A stretch of DNA of 56,508 bases, counting the filler, from Sphacelaria rigidula (lineage: Eukaryota), in NCBI GenBank assembly GCA_964200075.2. It is 6 parts of 6 records of this genome, joined end to end, with 100 filler letters (N's around TTAATTAATTAA, not from the genome) between each part and the next. Parts side by side here need not be neighbours in the genome. Positions count along the whole stretch, not along the records: positions 1 to 9,336 come from CAXNAA020008723.1; positions 9,437 to 18,772 come from CAXNAA020008724.1; 4 more parts are not named here. The stretch is one strand, 5' to 3'. The notes beneath the pieces are model-generated. The model ran no database searches. It was not told the DNA's origin and saw only the letters and a program-made list of their open reading frames with translations. The position numbers and the translations under genes were made by a program. Position 1 is the first letter of the stretch. Every line of letters begins with the position of its first letter. Shown piece by piece: positions 1 to 12,118 of the stretch.

Positions 1-344
1 CGTCAGCACGCCCCCAACCAAACGGTCCGGCCCGCGATGACCCCCCCCCCCCCTCCGGCGGTCGTTTTTTTTTTTTTCACATCAAGAAGGGCTAAAAAAT
101 AGCCATTTTGGGGCGACTCGGGTGAGGTAGCGCCCATGATTGTTGGCCGTATCAGCCACCACAAAATGCGACGCACAGTAGACGCAAATCGGTGATGCAG
201 ATAGATGCGATTAGCTTGATTGTGCAAGCATGGTGGAGCCTTCTAGTATTCGTCTGGTCTTGTCGTGGAAGTGTGATGTTTAATGTATTGCCGAAACCCA
301 TGAATATAACTTGGCCTCACTTGGCTCCGAAGGTATGCGTAGAA

Positions 345-890
345 TTAAAGCTTCATCAACACGAGTCTTTTTTCAACCCTTTTGGAACCCTCCCTTCCTG
401 TCCCTTGGCCAAACGCCTTATTATGAGAAGCCCTGACGAAGAGGAAAATATGGAAACAGAATAGGCCGACGGCAACCATTTTTATAATGGAAGACCGGAG
501 AAGAATGTCCTCCCTGGAGAATTTGGGTAAGGTTTGTCCAATCATACCACGCAACAGATGAAGTGTGTCCAATTGTATCCATCGACAATAATCAACAAAA
601 TCACTATGAAACACTCCATTCAAAAAACGGCAATGGGCTCCAGGGTCCAACCAGGCACGTTCGTATATTAGGATTTGTGTATAAGGGAAGCACCGCTTTG
701 ACGGGCTGCAGCATCGGGTGGCGAGTTTACCGAACCACACCGTACATACAGCATAGTATGGCTGAACCCAGCGAAATCCCGTCACGACATGTGAAAGGCA
801 CAGTGAGTTGTGCGGGCGGTACATGGTGGGCGTAATCGCAGGCGTCCGAACAGGCGATACACATGCACACGGGTGGGGGCCGACGGGCAC
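345..890 (-). pseudogene. Possible decayed DNA-transposon (CACTA/Plavaka-like) coding remnant
   Basis: 181-aa ORF containing FHSDFVDYCRWIQLDTLHLLRGMI, loosely like the DxxH...G motif of CMC/Plavaka transposases. No other motif or TIR found. Confidence 0.2.
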
Positions 891-2134
891 CGCCTACCGT
901 AATCAGGCCAGATGAAAAATACTACAGTCAGTGAATGCAGTAGGCTACAGTATTGACTTGCGGCCACACTCTGTGCAAGATAAATATAAGCATGTGAAAA
1001 GTCGGCCACGAGAGTAGACGGCACGAGACGATAGCGGTAGCCGGCGTCATAAATCTCATGCAGGATGAGGTATGTCGGTGCATCGGTCGGGAACGCTCAA
1101 CCCGCGGTATAGATGTGGTGGGACAACTGTGCCTTTCGCTACGCCGTTGTGTAATAGTCAACCCGCAGTATGATGTTGTCGACACGTGCTTGGCAGAGCG
1201 CAGTTCTGTGCATGCCTCGCGTTCTACGGCGATTTTTTCTAAATATAATACAGACATAACACGAAGCAGCAAGGCATCACCCTTGGGGCGACGGCACTTG
1301 GCAGACTCTACAGCACAGTGACGGTGCATAACTGCAGGGTACATGGCGTCTGCGTCGCCTTTACGCATTTTTTCAAACGGCGAGATGGTGCTGTTGGAAC
1401 GTGCATGAGCGCGATGTTGTGCATGACGTGAGTCTGCAGTCGAGGTCACCCCCAAACTGCTGTAAACACACCCAGTACTGTACAGGGCTGTATCGCAGCA
1501 CCCCCGGCGGCATGGAAAGGTGACTGCCTGGGATTGTCTTATACTTCCAGTTTATAAATATGGCGAATGTGCCATCGGCGTTGCTATTGTTGCTATGACG
1601 CTGCGAAGTGTATAAACTGCAGCGGGAAGGGCGTGCAGGTCAGGCGGGAAGCATGTTTCACAGAGGCTGGCCGCGCACTATGGCCGGGAAAGGAGCTCAT
1701 GAGCGTAGAACAAAAACGCCGACGGGTTCTGGACCTCGCCGCAGCAAGAAAAGAGGATGCCTTCTCTTGTTCCACTTGTCACTCGCACGGGTCTGAAAAA
1801 TACGCGTTGGGCCAAACTTTTTGCGTCTAAGCTGTGAACCATCAACCATATCTTGCTCAAAAACCGTCAATTCCAAATGATCAATTTTCCATTGTGAGTT
1901 CCAAAAGGGTTATTATACTTTTTGTTTTTTAGTTTCTAGTTTTCATTTATGTATCGGATGTAGTAACCCCTCCACGCCCCTTACTGCGTGAGCTAGGCAA
2001 TCATGTTACCTTTTTTTTGTGCGCGCTTGCGTTTTTTGCGTTAACCATAATGGTGGTCGAGCTAGATCATGTTGTGCGGCGTGGGAGAACCTCAAGTCCG
2101 CACGATGGGGATGATTGTAATACCTGGTGTTTAC

Positions 2135-2441
2135 ATGGTGAGACACCCATCAGGCAGTGTAAAAGCCGTGGCTGTCTCTGGAGGTGGCGATACCGGACAA
2201 AAAAGCAACTCATTCGAGGCTGTCATCCAAATGCAGGATGATCAGTAGGCTTCGGGCCGAACAATCTTGGCGGGATGCAGCTCACCCTTCATGTGACTCG
2301 CCGAACACACCACGGCGCTTCACGCTTGGTGATTGAGTGCGAGCCTGGTCCGGCGAAAACCCGGCGTGTTCCGTCCCGGCTTCGAGGTCAACGGTCTTAC
2401 GACTATGGCATGCATGATCATGAGTACACCCGCCGTCCCCC
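2135..2441 (+). mobile_element. Short retroposon family A (SINE-like), ~305 bp, C-rich tail
   Basis: Homologous to 28004-28207, 32309-32459, 44815-44916, 47974-48055 and 48063-48376. All copies with an intact 3' end finish CATGAGTAC(A)CCC. Confidence 0.85.
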
Positions 2442-3515
2442 GAAAAACGTCAGGATTCGAAAAAGGACCATAGGGTCTGGTTTTGTTTTTGGGCACCCCT
2501 TACCCGTTTAAAATCAGGCGAAAAACTAGAACATGAGACATTTCCTGTTTCACTGTACTGCAAGGCACACACACCACTCACGCCCCTTCTCATGTGCGGT
2601 CGCTATCACATGGTGTCGTGTGTTTGGCCCTTGTGAACACGGTTTGGTTTCTGCTGGGGTCGTTTGTTCTCTGAGCTGCTGTACTCTTGTGTTCCTCTCT
2701 GTAGAAAGTGGCATCAGTCGGGACGCAGCAGTGTTTTCCACACCCTGTTGGAAATTTCATGGTGTGTTGACTGTTTCGTCTTCCGTAAAACGAACAAGGC
2801 GCTGCCCAGATCCGTCATGTGCGCGACACCAAACGTGGCTGGGTAAAGACACAACCAGCGCTGGTTTGCACCGCTCGACCAGCTGGGCCAGACCCCGTGC
2901 TCCCATCAAACGAGCAACCCACAGCACAGCGCGAATATACTGCACCACCAGGGTACTGCTGCTTGGACTCGGCAGGATGGCGGCCTCTGCTGCTCGCATC
3001 GGCGCCAGGGCTCGCGGCCACGGAAAGACGCAACCAGCCATACTTGAATGGGGATATACCGAAAAATGAGCATCACAGTGACCTCGTGCGGCGGCGGCAA
3101 TGTACCACACGCTGCCTGCTTACCTACTCGTCTGGCTGCGGCTCCGTTTCTCTGCTGCTGCTCTTTTTGTCCCGGCGTGACCCTTCGTTCGTGTAGTGTA
3201 GGGCCTACAGTGTAGCTGTGACTCGAGTCTGCGCGTCAATCACGAGCACTTCTGACCACATAATTCACGATAAAGCTCGCAGTTCATTGCCGCTAGATTC
3301 TACCGATTAATTACTGGAGGGACTCTGATCCGTTGAACTTTTCATTTCACCACAAGTATCTATCCTCATGATGTGTGGGCGTTGTGTCTAAAAACCGGTA
3401 ACGATGTGAATTTTGGTCTGCAAGCGGGTTTTCCATTGAAATGGGCACCCCATTTTGAACACCCGACCATGATTTGAGGAGCTGTTGGAGATCGGGCGAA
3501 GAGCTGAGACTAGTG

Positions 3516-3966
3516 TTTATGGGGACCAATCTGTGTTTGTACAGATATGAGGATTTCAGCCCGTGTAAAGGCGATTTCCTCCCGTGAAATGATTTTTCGG
3601 ACCCACGTCCGTTGGGCAAAAAGTTGTGGCTAGCTGTGGGGAAACCAGATCGATTCTCCCTTCCTCTTGGCGTTGACTCTTGGTGTGTCGCCTTTTTGCT
3701 CAAATCGGGACACTACCCCCAATAAACAGCTCTACGCCCCAAAGCTATATGTATTCGGGAGTGTCCCGATTTGAGCAGTGAGGTGACATACCAAAAGTTT
3801 ACGCCCAGAGAATCGGAGAATTGATGTGGTTTTCTCACAGCCAGCCGAAAACAGTGCCCGATGGACTGGGGTCCGAAAAATCAATCCACGCGACAATCGC
3901 CGGTAGACGGGCCGAAGTCCGCATATTTGTGCAAAAACAGGGCAAATACGGTTTGGTTCCCATGAG
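3516..3966. mobile_element. Foldback/MITE with ~220-bp imperfect arms and a short loop near 3735
   Basis: GCTCAAATCGGGACACT (~3700) pairs with AGTGTCCCGATTTGAGC (~3760). TGATTTTTCGGACCC pairs with GGGTCCGAAAAATCA. The pairing runs out to ATGGGGACCAA / TTGGTTCCCAT. Confidence 0.8.
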
Positions 3967-3985
3967 AAATGGTGGTATTATAGCA

Positions 3986-4131
3986 CATTCGATTTGGATC
4001 GGTTTTGTGCAGTGAAGAAAAAAAAATCCGATCTGATATGTCATGATTTCAACCATCGTCATATACGTGGACATCACGACCTATCAGATCGGATTTTTTT
4101 TTTTCCCACCGCATATTTCGATCGAAAAATG
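3986..4131. mobile_element. Small hairpin MITE
   Basis: AAAAAAAATCCGATCTGATA ... TATCAGATCGGATTTTTTTT, with weaker pairing further out. Confidence 0.65.
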
Positions 4132-4867
4132 ATTTGCGAAGGCACGGCCCTAATCTACGCTGTAGTGCCTTTCTGTTTCCTTCCCTTTTCTTCAGTGAGT
4201 GTTTCTATTTTGTTTTCAACCCTTTCGGGACCGTTGATGGAGAAATGACGATTATCAGTTGACGTTTCCTTGGGGAAAATATGGTTGCTTTTCTGCTACT
4301 GTTGATGCACCCCACCGAAATGGTGCACTAGTCTCAGTTGAAGTATATACCGGTGTGACAGATCCGTGCACTGAACTCGAAGTGACGTTTCCCGGTGACG
4401 AAAGGTCGCAGATGGGAGTGTTTGTAAATCGTCACTTTTCCATCAACAGTTCCAAAAGGGTTGACTCGGTTACGTTCACCATGTAACCACCACTGGATCC
4501 CAAGGGGACCAGTCAAGGTGCGGCGCGATCAATAAATCGATCAAACCTACGTCAATACTCTCGACACTCAAACTTCTGTGCCTACCGCACGAGGTGGATT
4601 TGCAGCGGATTAGTCACGATGTGAGACCAATCAATCAAGTGATCATTTTTCGAATCACTTGATTTATTATACGACGAAAGCTGTTTTCGTCACACGGTAC
4701 AGTAGCTAGTTGTCCCACGTTTTACTCACGTACTGTTTCTATTATACCTTGTACTTGTGTTTCGTGTTCTTTTTTCTATATCTGTGACGTGTTTTTGATT
4801 GATTTATTTTTCTCTTCCTTTGTCTTGTCTTGCCATTTTTTTTTCTCTCTTCTTTTTTTTTTGCCAG

Positions 4868-4937
4868 ATATAAGGCGGACCAGGCGTTTCTAGTGGGACA
4901 TGGGAAAAGCCCCGTCGGCGCATACCTCGACGTGGAC
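4868..4937 (+). CDS. PYC: Pyruvate carboxylase, internal exon (biotin carboxylase N-domain)
   Basis: Polypyrimidine tract + CAG acceptor, GTAAGT donor. Encodes (R)YKADQAFLVGHGKSPVGAYLDVD, matching the PC motif HRxKADEAYxxGxGxxPVxAYL. Splices in phase 0 to the exon at 8251. Confidence 0.88.
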
Positions 4938-4983
4938 GTAAGTGTGCTCGTTGTCATGATGGATCGACCTCATGCATTATATT

Positions 4984-5570
4984 CACACGTCCGACAGCTC
5001 ATGAGCTAGCTACCTGAATATTACTTGTTATTAGTGTACTGATCCGGATCACGAGCAAGCTCATGTGGCCGCTTTTTCCATATTTGGCCCCTACAGCGCT
5101 GGACACCAAGCGCGCCAAGTAGCGTAAAAGTAGCGCTTTGCCTTCTCGGATCCTGCTGTCACCTAATTTGTGTTTTTGGACAGAGGATCTGAGAATCCCT
5201 TTCGATTGGTGACTTGGGGTAGCTCGTGGAGGCGACCTGACGAACTGTACGTGAACAATGGTTGGTACAATGGAGATGCCGCCAATTCTAACGCTAACCC
5301 TAACCCTAACCCCGACCAAGGGGGTGCAGAGTGTTTGTTCCCCAGGACAAGTGTGCGTTGCCAGAGCTCAAACCGACGCCTTTGAGCCGATTTTGGACGA
5401 AAACACGTCCCGGACGAGCTGGGTCTGCTGCTCTCCACTGCTCACCTGCCCCAGACCATGAGTTTTCTCAGAACTTTGTTCAGTCTGAAATCAAGTAAAA
5501 TCGAGTACCAACCATTGTTTACGTGTAGTTCGTGAGGTGTGTACTGAGCTCGTGAGCTGTCCGACGTGTG
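4984..5570. mobile_element. Non-autonomous CACTA/CMC-like TIR element (family E)
   Basis: Termini CACACGTCCGACAGCTCATGAGCT ... AGCTCGTGAGCTGTCCGACGTGTG, with a 3-bp TSD ATT at 4981-4983 and 5571-5573. A related copy lies at 55201-55562. Confidence 0.8.
5236..5537. mobile_element. Nested MITE carrying an internal telomere-like (TAACCC) tract
   Basis: ~33-bp TIR CCTGACGAACTGTACGTGAACAATGGTTGGTAC / GTACCAACCATTGTTTACGTGTAGTTCGTGAGG. CTAACGCTAACCCTAACCCTAACCC at ~5288-5312. Confidence 0.7.
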
Positions 5571-5578
5571 ATTATATC

Positions 5579-5717
5579 CACACTCTGGACAAGAGATTCT
5601 ATTGTAAAAAATAATACTGCGTACAGTATAGAATACATTGTCTGTTGCAGTAGGCGCAATAGTCGATACTGTACGCAGTACACTTTTTTACTTGTCTATT
5701 CTATTGTCCAGGGTGTG
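5579..5717. mobile_element. Hairpin MITE family C (~130-170 bp, CACACCCTGGAC termini)
   Basis: CACACTCTGGACAA ... TTGTCCAGGGTGTG, with inner TACTGCGTACAGTA / TACTGTACGCAGTA. Related copies at 6339-6465, 39822-39991, 43961-44106, 46590-46735 and 54092-54231. Confidence 0.8.
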
Positions 5718-5825
5718 ATTCTATATCAAATGAATACTACAATACAGTACAGTCGACACGAGATGTTTCAAGTCGGGATTTTTTTCTTTCTTTCTTGACG
5801 ATGAACCTTGTTGGGAACCTTCACG

Positions 5826-6036
5826 GAGGTATCTAAAAACTCGGCTCTCGGTATCCTAATTTGTTTTGTTCTATTTTTTTCAAGTGAACGTGATGGCGAT
5901 TCATCAGATGATGGGAGCCGTTGACCGCCAAGTCGGGACCTTCTATGAATCGCAATCACTTTCACTTGAAAAAATGGTGTACAACTCAGAGCCAGCGAAT
6001 AAACCAGGATACCGGGAGCCGAGTTTGAGATACCTC
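5826..6036. mobile_element. MITE family D, copy 1
   Basis: TIR GAGGTATCTAAAAACTCGGCTCTCGGTATCC ... GGATACCGGGAGCCGAGTTTGAGATACCTC. Confidence 0.75.
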
Positions 6037-6390
6037 TCACTAGCGTTGAAATATTTCCGATATAAAATACATGGGGACTCTCCGTCCGTGATATGTGGCC
6101 TTGCTCGTCCTCCAAAGAATCCACTCGTAATTTGTATGCATCCCGTGTTTTTTATACCGGAAAATTTCGACCTCCGTTCATTTCCTGTACAAGAAAAAAC
6201 TGTTCTTTGTTGTTCGCCAGAATCCCCTGTCAACACAGGAATGTACAAATTGCGGATGGATTTGTTTTTTAAGGATGAACGAGGCCGCACATCGTGACGG
6301 CCGGATAGTGCACTTGCATTTTGTGTTCGAGGATATTTCACACCCTGGACAAAAGATTACATCGTCAAAAAGTGTGCTGCATACAGTATG

Positions 6391-6424
<34 letters not shown>

Positions 6425-6508
6425 GAAGTACAGTTTTTGACTGTGTCATCGATTGTACAGCGTTTAAAATAAATCGATTCTCACCGCGGTTCCCAAGGTT
6501 CCCCAAAA

Positions 6509-6718
6509 GAGGTATCTTGAACTCGGCTCCCGGTATCCCGGTTTATTCGCTGGCTCTGCTTTGTATACTATTTTCTCAATGGAAGGTGATCGCGATTCAC
6601 AAGAGGACCTGACCTGGCGGTCAAAGGGTCTCATCATGCGATGAATCGCCATCATTTTTCACTTGAAAGAAGAGAACAAACTGAACCAGGATACCGTGAG
6701 CCGAGTTTGAGGTATCTC
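6509..6718. mobile_element. MITE family D, copy 2 (inverted relative to copy 1)
   Basis: Same TIR. The internal sequence is the reverse complement of 5826-6036 (e.g. GATGGCGATTCATC / GATGAATCGCCATC). Confidence 0.75.
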
Positions 6719-8250
6719 TTAACAGAAATTCATCCTCGTTCTGTATACAGTGTCGATTGGCACGTGGTGGATTTACTTGACGGTGCGAGTGACGAAACAT
6801 TTGGTGCGGCTCCGCCATACTCTACACCACTGCGGTGTACAGTATCCTAGTGGAGGATGAAAAACACGAGCAAACAAGGAACAACCCGAACGAAAGTGCT
6901 TCGTCGTGTGAGATTGACGTGCAAAGCTTTCAGTGTTGCGCCAAGAGAAGAAACAGAATCTGACCGCTTTCCCCTGTAGTGCGCACGTTTGCAGCGCACT
7001 GCACCAGATATAGCGACGCGGAACTTTTGGCTGTGCCTCGCATCACATATGGCCGAAGTTTCAGCGCCTTGCAGGGGCTACAGCGTGCATAGGGCTGTGC
7101 GTCATGAACTGCGCACATGTACAGACGGTTCGCCGATGGGTACTACCTATGGTCATGATCCAGAGAGGGTCGCAGTGCAGACCGGTGTCATTTTGCCACC
7201 ACGTCGGCCGCCCAGCCGCTCAAGATGTTGAAATTAGTGCACCTGCGCGTTCATATGTGTATTTACCTGAAGTGCACGAAGTCTGGGCTGCAGGATAGCC
7301 GCGTTTTAAGGGCGCATCGACGGTATTCCCCGAAATCGCGTGTGGCCACGTTCGCGTTAGTGCGGCGCCCAACCGTGCGGGGGCGCTTGGCGCATACGTT
7401 GCCTGTGTTGTGTCCGACTCGTGCGCGAAGTTCCATTATGGAACGTGCAGTCTCGGGCGAGAAATCCACGAGCAAAGTTCATCTGATGATTTGGAGGCTA
7501 CCGTAGGGAAGTATCCAAATAAACATGAGATGCGGTTACGCTCTGGTTACGCCGCATATCAGATGCGGGCACGCAGTATTACGGTACTCTCAAATTCAAT
7601 ACAAACAGGACAGGCAGTCCATTGCGCCAGGAATTATACTGCACTTTATGATCGTCGAGACGGAGTCTTCAACTTTAAAAGGCGCCAGCTGCGCCACCAG
7701 GCATGTGTGCAAACGATCATACCGTTCTCATTTGTGCTGAAAGCAATAGAGATTCTTCTTTTTCAGGCGGATTGCACACTCCATATACTACAGTACACGA
7801 TAGGCGTGGTGACGGGCTGGAAGGCGAACTGTGGTCGCCACCTATCGGCGTACCATGGGGCCCGCGAGGCACCCGTACCGAGCAACACCATGCACACCAC
7901 CGAAGAAGGGACGTGGTGATGTTCTCGGCCTGCAACTTGTGCCGACGATCCAACCTTGAACATAGCTTTTCAGATATGCCGCGTGTTGGGCCGCCCGTAG
8001 GTCGTTCGTTCCCAAGGGGCTCCTCGCTCGTGTGGACTGTACTCGTACCTACTTTAGGGACACTTTAAGCTGATACATGATACGATGCCTCTTGTACGCG
8101 AAAATCCGCATACATTTGACGGTTTTTTTCTTTCGGCGCAGCACTATTTGGCCGTTATCTCTCTCTTCTAAATACATATATATATATATATATATATACA
8201 TTTTTCGTTTTTGTGCACGTGTACCCACCCGTACGTACGCATGTATGCAG

Positions 8251-8398
8251 GGTATCGTTGCGACTGCCGTAGCTAACAAGGTGGATGCTATTCATCCTGG
8301 ATACGGACTTCTCTCCGAGCGGACGGATTTTGCCAAAGCTTGCAAGGATAATGGAGTTACCTTTGTTGGTCCCACCCCGGAGAATCTGCAGACATTTG
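8251..8398 (+). CDS. PYC: Pyruvate carboxylase, next internal exon
   Basis: CAG acceptor, GTGAGT donor. Encodes GIVATAVANKVDAIHPGYGLLSERTDFAKACKDNGVTFVGPTPENLQTF(G), containing the biotin-carboxylase DAIHPGYGxLSE motif. Confidence 0.92.
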
Positions 8399-8415
8399 GT
8401 GAGTATTGACGGAGC

Positions 8416-8560
8416 GGGGGAGGGTGTGTGTCCACACATTTGTATTGTGTCTTGGTCGTGTGACCATTGACCACGCATCCCTTTCGAGACGATGTACCGT
8501 TCCTACTCCTGATAGAGACGCCTTCAACATTTGGGCGCTCATCACATTGCTTCCATATAC
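8416..8560 (-). mobile_element. 5'-truncated 3' fragment of LINE family B
   Basis: Reverse complement matches the LINE end at ~16310-16450. Other fragments at 22001-22069(-), 25843-25913(-), 31598-31934(+), 44506-44807(+) and 55081-55955(-). Confidence 0.85.
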
Positions 8561-9336
8561 TTCCTCTGTGTCATGAATAAGTAAAAGGTACTGTCGGGCG
8601 TTGAATAATAAGTATTTCAACGTTGACGATCAGCCTATGGTTGAGTTCGTTAGAGAGGTGAAGTGCAGACGAAGCTGATGGGGAAAAAAAAACCCCAAAA
8701 AACCCCTTCTTTTCATCACTAAAATTATGTCGAAATGTAACCCCTTTCCGATCTATTTATACCCCATCATTGACCGATTTTGAACGTTTTCATGTCGAGC
8801 ACCAGCAAATCTATGCTAAAAAAAGAAATTATGGGTCGTGCTTAGGTTGAGATAACGGACGTGTCCGAAATCAACGGTGGTTTTGCGATTTCACATTTTC
8901 TGGCCCATTTTTCGCGATTTTTCGTGATCCCGGGTCTACCATGCTTTCCTAGGAAAATGAGCAGAAACTGACCGTTTTTAGACCGACCTACTTTTTCTAG
9001 GCCGCGCGGCTGCATAGGTCAATCACCCACTTTGTAGACATGATGTTGGGTTCAGCGAAAGAAAACGCCGACGAATGCAATAAAATGATCGAAAATCAAA
9101 CATGACACAGTTGAAGGCTCGTACAACCATAAGTGCCCAGACTTATGAGACAGAGGAAGTATTATGCTGAAACCTTGTAGATATCTTACTACAGTACCTT
9201 CCTATCTCGCCGCGCGTGGCCACCTTCTATCTCCTAGTGTAGCGACCGGGGCGGCGGGGGGGGGGGGGGGGGGGTTTTGCTAAAAGTTTTAAAAAGGGGG
9301 GGGTCACGGTTTTTGTTTTTTCACCCAGAAACATTT

Positions 9337-9436
9337 NNNNNNNNNNNNNNNNNNNNNNNNNNNNNNNNNNNNNNNNNNNNTTAATTAATTAANNNNNNNN
9401 NNNNNNNNNNNNNNNNNNNNNNNNNNNNNNNNNNNN
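9337..9436. other. Artificial contig spacer (44N-TTAATTAATTAA-44N)
   Basis: An identical 100-bp spacer recurs at 18773-18872, 28208-28307, 37643-37742 and 47076-47175. TTAATTAATTAA gives stops in all six frames. Confidence 0.98.
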
Positions 9437-9509
9437 GTGGAAAAAAAATAGACAGGTGAAGAACATGAAAGAGACAGGTGAAAAAAAAAAAGACAAAAAA
9501 AATCATGTG

Positions 9510-9579
9510 GTCATGTCGGGATTCGAACTCGTGACCTGTGCAATCGGAATTCGATATTCACCAGTTTGACCACTGGGGC
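9510..9579 (-). pseudogene. tRNA-derived sequence (tRNA pseudogene or SINE head)
   Basis: Minus strand reads GCCCCAGTGGTCAAACTGGTG (A box) ... GAGTTCGAATCCCG (B box), followed by T-runs. The acceptor stem does not pair. Confidence 0.6.
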
Positions 9580-9613
9580 ACGGAGGCGCAGCCCTGTCAC
9601 ACGAGAACTGCTC

Positions 9614-9690
9614 GTCGGCGCCCAATTCGACGAGGTATGGGCTGAAAGTTTGTCGGTGCCCAATTCGACGAGGTGTGGGCTGAAAGTTTG
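9614..9690. repeat. 38-bp tandem duplication
   Basis: GTCGG(C/T)GCCCAATTCGACGAGGT(A/G)TGGGCTGAAAGTTT occurs twice. Confidence 0.85.
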
Positions 9691-12118
9691 AGTGCCCGGG
9701 ACGCGATTGCCCACCACATGGTTGAACGTACATTCGTTACTTTTAATTTAACACGGAGTTGTGGCGATTTTCCTGTTTTCGTATAAACTTCAAGTCGCTC
9801 TAACTTATTTATTATTATTTGTTTTCAAGAGTACAGACACTAGCCCTGTCCGGACTGATGATAAAAATGTTGTGTCAAATTTTCAGCGCCTAACTCTTCG
9901 AATTACCGTCCGCCGGCCCTTTCCGCTGTTTCGTTATCCTCACAGCTGGCCGAGCTCGTATGCTCTTCTTGTAAGTACGCAATACCTACCTTGATACGAA
10001 TCATCAAACGTGTGTAAACCCACTTCAAAACCGAATCGAGTTGGAAACACACCCTACCGAAATATATTCCACAACGTGACGTGCGTTGTCCGTTGCTGTA
10101 CATCCCTGCCTAAGTCCTGGTTCTGTGGCAATTTGACCTACTCCTCTGCGCGTCAACCATCACCGGCGAGGAACTGTCACCCTAGCGAAGACCAATCCAA
10201 TCTCCGGTACGTATAGACAAAACTCCACTCCAAAAAAATGCCAACCTGCTGCTCTGCACTAGCAGCTGCCTACTCCCCGCCCTTTCGATATTGAAATCTT
10301 TGTTCTGCAAATTTATGAACGCATGACGTTCTCTTAGACCCGCTTGCCCTGGATACTCCGCTTCTCCGTTTGACGCGTATCTATTTCATTCATGCAGCCC
10401 GAACTACACGAGAGATGTTTGGGAACGGCCGAAGACAACCGCTGAGGCATACAGAGGAAATACAGTACATGCATAGGGCTAACCCCAACAATAATTTGGA
10501 CGGAATAAGGTAATCCTGACGTCACTTAACAACTCCTTCACGGTTGGGACAAATTAAGATTCATACGAGTTGACTCCTTATGATATGACAGGAGTCAACC
10601 TGTATTCAAGTGTTCATGCCGCATGCGCACGACGGTGAATAACATATGCAGTGCAGTCATCTCAACCGCATGCAGGTTGGGAGAAGAGTACGACCGATGC
10701 AAGGCCCATGTCATGACAGGATTCAACGATGTGCCGACTGTTTGTCCCGCACGGAGTCATACGCATGGCATAGATGTAGATGCCAGTCACGCCTTAGGGT
10801 AAGTGCGGGTGGCATGTATAATCGATTTATCCCGCATTTTTCCAAAGGGGACTAGTATGTGTCCATGATCTACCCCCCATGACCTGGAGGTAGGAAACAG
10901 GTGCCGTTGACGGTGTACTGCACGACACGACAGCTCAAATCCTGGATGAATTACAAATGATGTACGACTCGTATGATTTATTCGTTGAAATGATGAACAT
11001 GAGTTGAATCACGATTTTATTTCTAACCGTGAACTCTCCGCACCATTCACGTGTACGTACCCTGTGTTCAACAAAAGCTTTCGGCTGTGTTTTGCACACC
11101 ACCTTCCAAGCGAAAACGGAGTCCAAAAAAGTGGCGCTTCATACTTACTCTCCCCCAACCCCCCCCCCCCCTTCCCCCCCGAGACTATGCATAGCCAATG
11201 GAACAGCAAATCTACGACGTCATTCGCCGGGTCTCGGAGGAAAGGAGAAGCAGGAACAAGCAAATGCTCAGAAGGGAAAGGGGAGGGGAAATAGCGGCCC
11301 AAAGCAAACGTACAAAAACCAAACCGGAAACGGGGAGAAAAATCAAGCAAGGGAAACTAGAAGCAATAACGACGGAGAGAGAATAATAGATGAAAGGAGA
11401 GTGGACAATCATTCGAAAAGTAAGCTGATTAATAGGATCGTGGAACATGTGTGGATTCGTCGGAGACGAGCGCGTAAGAATGGAGATAGCCGGATACGTG
11501 AGTAAATGCGCGCGACGTAGATGTTGTGGAAATCCTAAGAGTCATGGGAGAATGAGAGGGTGGGAGAAGGACACAAAAATTGGAAAGTACGCATGGGTAG
11601 GGGGAAAGCGGAAGAGACAGAACCCCAAGAACAGGGGAGTGGTGGAAGTAGGATTCTGAGTCAAGTAGTCCTATGTGACACTACAGAAGTGATCAAACTC
11701 ACGAAATTCGACGACAGCATATGGATAGGGGTACCAGGAGAGCGGGGAACGAAAGACGTCTTCATGGGGAATATCTATTTGCCCCCATAATCGAATGGTA
11801 CGGTAAAGGATACATTGGAGAGACAGTAGCAGATGTACAGAATCATAAAAGGCAAGGAGACGTAGTGTTAGTGGGAAAATCTAATGCAAGGGTTGGAAAA
11901 GTAGGCCAACCGGATGAAATCATTGGGCGATACGGGAAAGAGAATAACAGGAATGGGGTAGAAATGCTTAAGTTCCTTGAGAATAACGAGATGAAGGCGC
12001 TGGACGATAGAGCAGAAAAGCCAGAGGCGCAATGGACATGGGCTAGCAAATGCAAAGAAGAGACAGAACGTTCTGTCCTCGCCTATCTAGAGGTGGAGCA
12101 TGGAAGGAAGTGCATGTA

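Noticed and set aside
6817..6851. Hairpin + CTAG|T resembling a Helitron 3' end (similar at 9208-9239)
   Set aside because: Short motifs with no matching 5' TC terminus or second copy identified.
6850..8050. Cluster of overlapping GC-rich ORFs inside the PYC intron
   Set aside because: No family motif recognised (including no RuvC/TnpB-Fanzor or recombinase motif). Left unassigned.
9381..9392. TTAATTAATTAA palindrome recurring every ~9.4 kb
   Set aside because: Synthetic linker embedded in N-runs, not biological periodicity.
9510..9579. Functional tRNA gene
   Set aside because: The acceptor and anticodon stems do not pair properly. Kept only as tRNA-derived.
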